From contig JAZRSO010000032.1 of NCBI GenBank assembly GCA_045651525.1, forward strand, positions 4,523 to 68,522: DNA of 64,000 nt, read 5' to 3'. The stretch comes from Candidatus Enterousia sp. Lineage in GTDB: Bacteria > Pseudomonadota > Alphaproteobacteria > Rs-D84. Below, one piece after another: positions 47,180 through 54,436 of this stretch; within the stretch, counting starts at the first letter, position 1, and the number at the start of each line of letters is the position of its first letter. The notes under the pieces were generated by a model. It had not been told where the DNA came from and did no database searches. It worked only from the letters and a program-made list of their open reading frames with translations. A program made the position numbers and the translations under genes.

Positions 47180-49150
47180 ATGAAACACTTTAAGCGCTTT
47201 TTTATATTGGTTTTGTGCGTCCTGCCATGGGTTGCGGGGGCGAATGTTGCGACCACCGCGGGCAGTAATTTAACCGCATGGAACAGTAATGGTGGTTCGG
47301 CCAATAACAATAATTGGAATACCATGATGAACAGCCGTTCACAAACAGGCAGCAAGGCCAAGGCTGATTTTGGTAATTGTAATTCACTGATACTGCGTTG
47401 TGCGCAACCAAAGTGTGCGGCATGTACCACAATGGAATTGGCCAAGCCTGTGGTTTCTGGTTGTGTAAATTCCAGCAAGGATTGTAAAAAACACGGTGAT
47501 GATTTAGTTGAATTTATTGCTGCCCAGATTGTGGCCAGTGCTGCTGAAAAGGTTCAGGCGCAACAGTTGGCACAACAACAGGCTGCGGCGCAGGCTGCCG
47601 CTGCACAAAGCAGTCAGCAAATGGCCCAAATGCAACAGCAAATGGCCCAGATGCAGCAACAAATGCAACAACAAAATGCCCAACAAATGGCACAAATGCA
47701 GGCGGCACTGGATGAACAAAAGGCGTTGGCTGCCCAGGCACAGGCCCAGGCCGTCGCCGCACAACAGGCCAAGGCAGAGGCGGCCGCACAAACGGCATCT
47801 GGAATTACTGTTGCACAACAGGCGGCAGCCCAGGCTGGAATAAACCCAGATCTGTTGGTTCGTGAACAGGCGGGTGGTGAAATATTGTCTGCGTTGGAAG
47901 ATGCCGAACAGAATCTGAAAAATCTGAAAAACACGATGAAAGATGTGTTTGATTATGCCGGGTGTGATGCGCGTGGTAATAATTGTTCGGGGCCAAAACG
48001 CGTAAAAATATTCAAGGACAAGGCCAGAAGTTTTTTTGAACCATATGATGAAATTGCAGACGAATTATATACAGCATTGGATACCGCACTGTTGTTGGGT
48101 GTTGATGTAAATGATATTTTGATGATGTTAAACGGTTCGTGTAATCGTTGGGGACGATACATGTGTCATTCAAATGGAACGGATGGCAATGATAATCCAA
48201 TTCATAAAGTTGCAAGATATGGTGATTCAAACTCAGAGTGCAAAAATGGTGTGGTAAAGGACAGTTGTATAAACGGCAAATCGCAAAATATATCATGCAC
48301 AGATAACGGTGTAACGTACAGTGTCAAAGGTGGTTTTGATTGTACGGTTGGCATGGTTGTTCCACCCCAGGACGATGCGTTATGTACCCTGATTGGATAC
48401 CTGTCGGATGAAGAAAAAGACGGCGTGTATCGTGAATGGGTTGATGAAAATTATGACGGCGATCGCATGGTACGTTTGGGATGCGTATCATCTGTTTTGG
48501 ATTCTGTAAAAACGTTCAGTCGTCGTTCCAATAAAAAGGCCAGCACATTGGATATTGATACACTGGAACGTATTTTGGAACAAGATTCATCTGATATGGC
48601 GGGCAGTCGATATGATGCCAAAGTACGCGATATGGAACGTTTGCAGTATTGTGGTTTGACGGTTGACGGATATCGCAAATTGAACAAGGCGGTCAGCACA
48701 CAAAAATTTAGCCAAAACGACGTTTGTATCGATTCCGCAAAATTGCGCAAGGACGCAATTAATGCAGACTGGGTTCGTTCTGTAAAGGGCAACAGCGCCA
48801 GTTTCTTGGATCATATACCAGAGGCATATGATCAGACATCTTGCACAGATTTGGGGGCCGGCAATGCATGTTGGTATGACAGTGATAAAAAATGTTATGT
48901 GCGTGGTAAAAAACACACAGATGGTGTATGTATAGATAATGGTGGTACTGTTCTTGGTGAATTTAAATACTGGAATGGGGCGTCGGTGACAGAGGCTACA
49001 TCAGGCGAAGACAAATGTCGACTTCGTGGTGGCAGTTGGGTGACCAAGGATGATGCGTCCCAGAAGAAGTACACGTTTGAAGCAAATGACACCGGTTGTT
49101 GTGATTCAGACGACAGTAAAGTGAACGACTTAAAGTGTAAAAAAAAGTGA
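47180..49150 (+). CDS. Secreted Cys-rich protein with a Gln/Ala/Met-rich repeat region (656 aa)
   Basis: Signal peptide MKHFKRFFILVLCVLPWVAGA; QQMAQMQQQMAQMQQQMQQQNAQQMAQMQ tract; many Cys residues. Confidence 0.65.
   Translation: MKHFKRFFILVLCVLPWVAGANVATTAGSNLTAWNSNGGSANNNNWNTMMNSRSQTGSKAKADFGNCNSLILRCAQPKCAACTTMELAKPVVSGCVNSSKDCKKHGDDLVEFIAAQIVASAAEKVQAQQLAQQQAAAQAAAAQSSQQMAQMQQQMAQMQQQMQQQNAQQMAQMQAALDEQKALAAQAQAQAVAAQQAKAEAAAQTASGITVAQQAAAQAGINPDLLVREQAGGEILSALEDAEQNLKNLKNTMKDVFDYAGCDARGNNCSGPKRVKIFKDKARSFFEPYDEIADELYTALDTALLLGVDVNDILMMLNGSCNRWGRYMCHSNGTDGNDNPIHKVARYGDSNSECKNGVVKDSCINGKSQNISCTDNGVTYSVKGGFDCTVGMVVPPQDDALCTLIGYLSDEEKDGVYREWVDENYDGDRMVRLGCVSSVLDSVKTFSRRSNKKASTLDIDTLERILEQDSSDMAGSRYDAKVRDMERLQYCGLTVDGYRKLNKAVSTQKFSQNDVCIDSAKLRKDAINADWVRSVKGNSASFLDHIPEAYDQTSCTDLGAGNACWYDSDKKCYVRGKKHTDGVCIDNGGTVLGEFKYWNGASVTEATSGEDKCRLRGGSWVTKDDASQKKYTFEANDTGCCDSDDSKVNDLKCKKK
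47540..47830 (+). repeat. Low-complexity CAR/GCN/ATG coding repeat (imperfect ~21-bp periodicity)
   Basis: CAGCAAATGGCCCAAATGCAA / CAGCAAATGGCCCAGATGCAG tandem units at about 47614-47655; generates spurious mirror ORFs on both strands. Confidence 0.7.
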
Positions 49151-49159
49151 CGACCAACA

Positions 49160-49933
49160 GTGAGGGATAAGTTGAAACAGGTAATTAAAAGATTTTTGGT
49201 TTGTATGTGTGCGTTGTTCCTGACGTGCGTTGGTGTTGTGCCATCGTGGGGGGCAGATGATGCATGTATGTCCGAAGATAATGATATGATTGGCGCGCCA
49301 TTTGTTTTGTGTTCAACGCATGCGTATAATATCGGTATGACAGAAAACCCAAATGCATCAGATCGTGAACTGATGCGGGAAGTTGTGGGGTTGAAAACAA
49401 CATTCTTTACACAACAAATGTATAAACAATACGAACAGATGGAATTGATGGTGCGACGCTTGAAAACACAGCTGCAAAAGGCGGTGTTGCATGATAAATT
49501 ACAGGTCGCCAGTGGTGCCACAGGTAACAGTGATGATGATAATGACGATTCTGCGCCAAGTAACAGATATATTAAATTGTCTGGTGCCCAGGATTGTACA
49601 GATTTCTGGTCCAAGGCGGATAAGTTTAAATGCCTTAGTGAAAATTATAATCTGGTAAAAAATCAGGTCAGAACAGGAAATCCGTCGGCTGATCACAGAA
49701 AACAAGTGGCAAATGATTACGGAATTGCATGTGGTGGTGTAAAAGAGTGTTCAAAGATCGAAAAATGTACAAAAACAACCAAAAATAAAAAAGATTTTGA
49801 TGAATGTTTCCAAGCGTTACAAACGCTGATAAGTACAGGTATGTCAGAGGCACAACAAGATGCCGCCAGACTTAATAATCCATTTGCAGGATGGGGCCCA
49901 CAAACACAGAAAGAATCACAAACACAGAAATAA
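49160..49933 (+). CDS. Secreted Cys-containing hypothetical protein (257 aa)
   Basis: Hydrophobic N-terminus FLVCMCALFLTCVGVVPSWGA|DD. GTG start 9 nt after the preceding stop; start uncertain. Confidence 0.55.
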   Translation: MRDKLKQVIKRFLVCMCALFLTCVGVVPSWGADDACMSEDNDMIGAPFVLCSTHAYNIGMTENPNASDRELMREVVGLKTTFFTQQMYKQYEQMELMVRRLKTQLQKAVLHDKLQVASGATGNSDDDNDDSAPSNRYIKLSGAQDCTDFWSKADKFKCLSENYNLVKNQVRTGNPSADHRKQVANDYGIACGGVKECSKIEKCTKTTKNKKDFDECFQALQTLISTGMSEAQQDAARLNNPFAGWGPQTQKESQTQK

Positions 49934-49935
49934 TA

Positions 49936-49960
49936 ATCCCGCCCCGCGGGATTTTTTTTT
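49936..49960 (+). terminator. Rho-independent terminator
   Basis: ATCCCGC-CCC-GCGGGAT hairpin followed by T9. Confidence 0.75.
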
Positions 49961-49975
49961 ATGTTTTTTGTCATT

Positions 49976-50143
49976 GTGTTGTTTCCCCGCCCCCATTGTG
50001 GGGCGGGTCGGAATCGCCGACAATTTATTGTCGCTGTGATTCCGGGGTGGGGGCGAGTGTTCAAGAATAAAATCCCCCCACCCAAGTTTCCGTAATTGCA
50101 TACGCAATAACGTTCACTATCCCGCCCCACACGGGGGCAGGTG
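49976..50143 (+). repeat. GC-rich structured direct repeat, copy 1 (family G)
   Basis: Differs from 50584..50749 by one substitution and one C-run indel by eye. Contains hairpins CCCGCCCC/GGGGCGGG, GGAATC..CGACAAT/ATTGTCG..GATTCC and GGGTGGGGG/CCCCCACCC. Confidence 0.9.
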
Positions 50144-50202
50144 GTAAATGTGCTTGATTTATATTTTTCTTGTTTCATACTTAGCAAAAAGGGTTTCTTG
50201 TA

Positions 50203-50580
50203 ATGAATAATCCAAAAACATTGCGTGCCAGAAATTTGCGACAAAATATGTCTGAGATGGAAAAAAGATTTTGGTATCGGATAAACCGAAATCAGATTGG
50301 GGTAAAGTTTCGCAGGCAACAACCAATTGGACCCTATTTTGTAGATTTTATTTGTTTCCCATTAAAATTGGTGATTGAACTCGATGGAGAACAACATGCG
50401 AAAAATATAGAATACGATAATCGCCGAACTACATATATAGAATCACAAGGATTTAAATTGATACGTATACCGAATTCATGGCTGATTGGAAACGGTATTG
50501 ATGACGTTGTGTTTTCATTACAACGTTGCATAAATGAAGATATTGATATTCATGAATATTTTATGTCCAAGTATCAGTAA
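50203..50580 (+). CDS. DUF559 (Vsr-like endonuclease fold) domain protein
   Basis: ARNLRQNMSEMEKRFWYRI...GVKFRRQQPIGPYFVDFICFPLKLVIELDGEQH...GFKLIRIPN matches the DUF559 pattern. Confidence 0.8.
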   Translation: MNNPKTLRARNLRQNMSEMEKRFWYRINRNQIGVKFRRQQPIGPYFVDFICFPLKLVIELDGEQHAKNIEYDNRRTTYIESQGFKLIRIPNSWLIGNGIDDVVFSLQRCINEDIDIHEYFMSKYQ

Positions 50581-50583
50581 ATA

Positions 50584-50749
50584 GTGTTTTCCCCGCCCAC
50601 ATTGTGGGGCGGGTCGGAATCGCCGACAATTTATTGTCGCTGTGATTCCGGGGTGGGGGCGAGTGTTCAAGAATAAAATCCCCCCCACCCAAGTTTCCGT
50701 AATTGCATACGCAATAACGTTCACTATCCCGCCCCACACGGGGGCAGGG
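50584..50749 (+). repeat. GC-rich structured direct repeat, copy 2 (family G)
   Basis: Same orientation as, and near-identical to, 49976..50143. Confidence 0.9.
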
Positions 50750-50779
50750 GGGCTTCGCAAAATGGGAACGTGGGAATTT

Positions 50780-52048
50780 TTATTCTTTCTTTAATTGTTC
50801 GCGCAGTTTGTCCCAATATTCAAGGCGCTTTTTAATTTCGCGTTCAAACCCGCGTTCAACGGGAAAATAATATTTCTGGCGACCCATGGATTCGGGAAAA
50901 CAATTCTGGCCGGAAAATCCGTTTGCTGTATCGGGGTCGTAAATGTATCCGTCGTTATAGCCCAAATCTTTCATCATTTTTGTTGGTGCGTTCAAAATGT
51001 TTTTTGGTGGCATCAGTGAACCGGTGGCGCGCGCCGCGGCGTATGCCGCCTTTTGTGCCTTGTAATTGCCAATGCTTTTTGGCGCGGTGCCCAAATATAT
51101 CACCAGTTGTGTCAGGGCCAAGTCCCCCTCTGGACTGCCCAGGCGTTCGTACGCGTTCCATGCTGCAATCGCAACCTGTAATGCGTTCGGGTCGGCCAGA
51201 CCAACATCTTCGACCGCAAAGCGGGTCAATCTGCGAAACAGGTACATTGGATCCTGGCCAGATGTCATCATGCGCGCCGCCCAATACAGTGCCGCATCTG
51301 TGTCACTGGCACGCAGGGATTTATGCACCGCAGATATTAAATTATAATGTTCGTCGCCATGTTTGTCTGATAATGGTGCACGTTTCTGTACGGCGGAATC
51401 CAAGGTGTCTGGCGTTAAAGGTTCTTTGAATTTTGCGTTTGATAAATATTCAACAGTGTTTAATAAAAAGCGTGCGTCGCCATCTGCCATCTGTGCCAGA
51501 TGGGTGCGGGCATCGTCTGTCAGTGGTAATTTTATACCCAAGAATTTTTCCGCGCGTCCTATCAATTCCATTAAATCTTCGGTGGAAAGTCCCGACAGTA
51601 CACCAACGTGGCAACGTGACAGCAATGCGTTGTTCAAATTAAAACTGGGGTTTTCTGTTGTTGCGCCCATAAATACAACGGTGCCATCTTCTAAATATGG
51701 TAATAGTGTATCCTGTTGGGTTTTATTAAATCGATGAATTTCATCAATAAACAGTAATGTGTTGCGGCCAATGTCGCAATTCATACGCGCGGCATCCATC
51801 GCCTTTTTTATATCTGCTGTGCCAGAAAACACCGCAGACATTGGAACAAAATCCATATCAACAGAATTTGCCAATGCACGCGCAATCGTTGTCTTGCCAC
51901 ATCCGGGCGGGCCCCATAAAATCAAATTTGATAATTTCTGACCGTCAACCATACGACGAACCAGACCGTTTTCACCCAATAATGTCTTTTGACCCACAAT
52001 GTCATCTATTGTGTTCGGACGCATTAAATCTGCAAGCGGTCGTGTCAT
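50780..52048 (-). CDS. rarA: Replication-associated recombination protein A (RarA/MgsA AAA+ ATPase)
   Basis: Walker A LILWGPPGCGKTT, Walker B LFIDEIHRF, C-terminal MgsA domain. Confidence 0.92.
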   Translation of the reverse strand: MTRPLADLMRPNTIDDIVGQKTLLGENGLVRRMVDGQKLSNLILWGPPGCGKTTIARALANSVDMDFVPMSAVFSGTADIKKAMDAARMNCDIGRNTLLFIDEIHRFNKTQQDTLLPYLEDGTVVFMGATTENPSFNLNNALLSRCHVGVLSGLSTEDLMELIGRAEKFLGIKLPLTDDARTHLAQMADGDARFLLNTVEYLSNAKFKEPLTPDTLDSAVQKRAPLSDKHGDEHYNLISAVHKSLRASDTDAALYWAARMMTSGQDPMYLFRRLTRFAVEDVGLADPNALQVAIAAWNAYERLGSPEGDLALTQLVIYLGTAPKSIGNYKAQKAAYAAARATGSLMPPKNILNAPTKMMKDLGYNDGYIYDPDTANGFSGQNCFPESMGRQKYYFPVERGFEREIKKRLEYWDKLREQLKKE

Positions 52049-52118
52049 TTTACTTGGCTTTTATTTAGGGTTTATTTGTGATATAATAATTGTATTAAAA
52101 TATAAGGGAAATGGCAAG

Positions 52119-52475
52119 TTGGTAAATAAAAATTCTGATTTTACTTTGGCTGTGGCAAATCTGGCGGCGGCGGCAATCGCTGCGAATCCAAAACTGACAA
52201 TGGAAGAGGCCGTAAAAAACGCACGAAAAATTCTGCGTGGAACGTCTGTTACAGACGAACAAATTCAAGATTCTGTGCATCCTGATAAAATCCAATGTTT
52301 GGAAGATGGTACCTGGCACATTATGCTGCGACGCTATTTAAAACGAAAATTTGATTTAACCCCACAAGAATATCGGGAAAAATGGGGGTTGCCAAATGAC
52401 TATCCGTTTGTGGCACCGGCATATTCGCGCAAGCGTTCTAAAATCGCCAAGAAAACAGGGTTGGGGAGGAAATAA
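52119..52475 (+). CDS. Ros/MucR-family transcriptional regulator (zinc ligands apparently not conserved)
   Basis: C-terminal LTPQEYREKWGLPNDYPFVAPAYSRKRSKIAKKTGLG. TTG 52119 with AAGGGAA SD is proposed because the 51999 ORF start overlaps rarA; start uncertain. Confidence 0.7.
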   Translation: MVNKNSDFTLAVANLAAAAIAANPKLTMEEAVKNARKILRGTSVTDEQIQDSVHPDKIQCLEDGTWHIMLRRYLKRKFDLTPQEYREKWGLPNDYPFVAPAYSRKRSKIAKKTGLGRK

Positions 52476-52477
52476 AC

Positions 52478-54424
52478 ATGCCTGATAAAACTGTTGCACA
52501 AAAACGTGGTGATGATGTGCGGGCTGCCGTAGATAAACTGAAAAAAGTACGTTTGAATTTACAAAATAAACAAATACCAGATACTGTGCATTTGCCGGAT
52601 GTTTTTACGCGCGTCAAAAATAAAAATGGTGAATCTGTGCTGCAAGTCAATCAATCTAAATTAAAAGTTTGGGCAGAAGAGGTCTTGAAACAAACAGGTA
52701 AACTATCTGGTGTGTCTGCGTTGTGGCTGGCAGAATATATTGTGCGTGGATTAAATGCACTGTTTGTTGATAATGCGTTAATCAGAAATATGGAAAGTGC
52801 ATCAAAAAACAGCGCGTTTACTAAGATTGGTGCAAAATATCCATGGTTAAAAAACTATGTGTTGTATTATATGATGGTTGGAACAATGGCTGTTTCTGGT
52901 GGGCAATTAGCCGCAAATGGATTTAGTAAAGACAATGATAACGATGATAAAAAAGAAAATATTTATAACCCACAAGATAATCAAAAAAAATTTGAAGACT
53001 TTGTTTTAAATCCAAATGCGAATGATGCAGAATGGAAAAAGCAAATAGATGCAATTCAGCCTTATGTTGTTGCACATATCTTTTCAACCGAAGGTTTTAT
53101 AGAAGCTGCGTATTATGATAATGGCAGTAATAGGGGAACCTTGACCATCGGTGCTGGATTTACAATCAAAGATGAATTGCATCGTAATTTTGCTGCGAAA
53201 ATACTGGGGCGCAAAGTTGGAAATATGGCGCGCATTACAAAAACAGAAGCGAGAATTCTGGGCGACGCATGGTTAAGAGAAATGATATATCCCAAGATGC
53301 GCCAAGAATTTAAGAAACCAATGTCTGCGCGCATTTTTGTAAGTCTTGCTGTTGCTGCGTATAATGCCGGAGAAAATGTTTACATGAATGGTAATTCTGG
53401 GCGACCTGTGGTTGATGCTGTGAATGCTGGAAAAAGTGTTGAAAAAATCGCAGATGCCTATGTTCGTGCGTTTGGTAAAATTCGTGGTACGGGGTGGGGT
53501 GGTATGCCAAATAAATATGGTGTGTGTGCGTTGTATATGCAGGGAAAGCTTTCAGATAATGCAATATTGAATTCAATTTGCGAAGCGCCATATGGTATCG
53601 AAGATTTTGTACGTGCAGCACAAAAAGAAGATAAAAAATTTGACCCTGAAAAAATGGTGTTGGGGCGCTTGCTGATATATGATGGTAATAATCATAGCGC
53701 TAAACCAAATGATGTCTTGGAATACGATGTTGATAATATGTTATTAAGTGTGAAAAATAGAACTACAAAAGGTACAAAACAAGTGCCTGTGCGTGATTTT
53801 TTTAGTAACACAGAAATAGAAACAATGAAACAAGGATTATTGTTCCAAACGCCTGTTGCAGACTTTATGCAAGAATATGAACAGCAGGTTATTGCACAAC
53901 AATCAGAGTCTGAAAAATTAAATGAAGAAGGCGAGTTGTTGTTCTTTGCAAATAAACATGATCAGGCAGAAAAAAAGTTTATGCAAGCGTTGGAAAAAGA
54001 TGACAGGAATTATATCGTATATAGTAATCTGTCAATCTTGTATTACCATAAGGGCGAATATCAGAAAGGTTTGGAAGTTGTACAGAAACTGATAAGTTCA
54101 GAAAAAATAAAATCTATGCCAAAAGAGATGAGGTCTTATGCGTATTATAATGCTGCCCTGTGTCGCGAAGGGTTGGGTAATAACGCCAAGACAAATAAAG
54201 AAAAACTGGAACATTATAATGCTGCAAAAGAAAATTTGAAACTGTCAGAACGATTCGGTGATGATACACATGGACAATTAAGAAGTAGGCTTGATGAAAA
54301 AATAAAAAATCTGTCTGTTCGACAGGTAACTGCATTCCATAATAGTATCAAGCAAATAAGACAAAAAAATGCCAAGCATGATTTGTTGCTGTACGGAACA
54401 GAACGTAAAGTTGATTTAACTTAA
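52478..54424 (+). CDS. Membrane-anchored GH24 (phage-type) lysozyme-like domain protein with C-terminal TPR repeats (648 aa)
   Basis: STEGFIEAAYYDNGSNRGTLTIGAGF ... ITKTEA ... FVSLAVAAYNAG resembles EGxxxxaYxDxxGxxTIGyG ... fNxG of GH24. One TM helix YVLYYMMVGTMAVSGG. TPR-like C-terminus. Confidence 0.55.
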   Translation: MPDKTVAQKRGDDVRAAVDKLKKVRLNLQNKQIPDTVHLPDVFTRVKNKNGESVLQVNQSKLKVWAEEVLKQTGKLSGVSALWLAEYIVRGLNALFVDNALIRNMESASKNSAFTKIGAKYPWLKNYVLYYMMVGTMAVSGGQLAANGFSKDNDNDDKKENIYNPQDNQKKFEDFVLNPNANDAEWKKQIDAIQPYVVAHIFSTEGFIEAAYYDNGSNRGTLTIGAGFTIKDELHRNFAAKILGRKVGNMARITKTEARILGDAWLREMIYPKMRQEFKKPMSARIFVSLAVAAYNAGENVYMNGNSGRPVVDAVNAGKSVEKIADAYVRAFGKIRGTGWGGMPNKYGVCALYMQGKLSDNAILNSICEAPYGIEDFVRAAQKEDKKFDPEKMVLGRLLIYDGNNHSAKPNDVLEYDVDNMLLSVKNRTTKGTKQVPVRDFFSNTEIETMKQGLLFQTPVADFMQEYEQQVIAQQSESEKLNEEGELLFFANKHDQAEKKFMQALEKDDRNYIVYSNLSILYYHKGEYQKGLEVVQKLISSEKIKSMPKEMRSYAYYNAALCREGLGNNAKTNKEKLEHYNAAKENLKLSERFGDDTHGQLRSRLDEKIKNLSVRQVTAFHNSIKQIRQKNAKHDLLLYGTERKVDLT

Positions 54425-54436
54425 AGGAATATATTT

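Noticed and set aside
47504-47996. Cluster of ORFs on both strands across the Gln/Ala repeat tract
   Set aside because: These are frame-shifted or mirror translations of the CAR/GCN low-complexity repeat. Only the long plus-strand frame is continuous with a signal peptide and a 656-aa product.
48895-49614. 239-aa minus-strand ORF spanning the junction of the two secreted-protein genes
   Set aside because: It is antisense to two plus-strand ORFs that have signal peptides. It has Ser/Cys/Leu-rich antisense-type composition, no SD or start context, and it crosses an intergenic gap.
49976-50143. GC-rich repeat as a known structured RNA (tmRNA piece, SRP RNA, RNase P, group II intron domain V, tRNA)
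   Set aside because: None of the hallmark sequences I know is present: tRNA T-loop GGTTCGAATCC, SRP GGAA tetraloop helix, intron domain V consensus, tmRNA acceptor ends. It remains unassigned rather than identified.
49976-50749. Integron gene-cassette/attC interpretation of the repeat-ORF-repeat arrangement (also considered for the stop-codon-abutting family P units)
   Set aside because: There is no intI integrase or attI. I could not find the RYYYAAC / GTTRRRY core sites at the repeat ends. The family P units follow core genes (ftsK, trxB, secB), not promoterless cassettes.
49717-50760. Minus-strand ORFs 49717..50322 (201 aa) and 50518..50760 (80 aa)
   Set aside because: They run through the GC-rich repeats, whose lack of stop codons is a by-product of GC richness. 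They are also antisense to the well-supported DUF559 gene. Their shared peptide (GGILFLNTRPHPGITATINCRRFRPAPQ) simply reflects the DNA repeat.
52478-54424. GH24 lysozyme as a prophage remnant
   Set aside because: No holin, terminase, capsid, tail or integrase genes are nearby. The protein is a large TM-plus-TPR fusion coupled to mucR, unlike a phage endolysin cassette.
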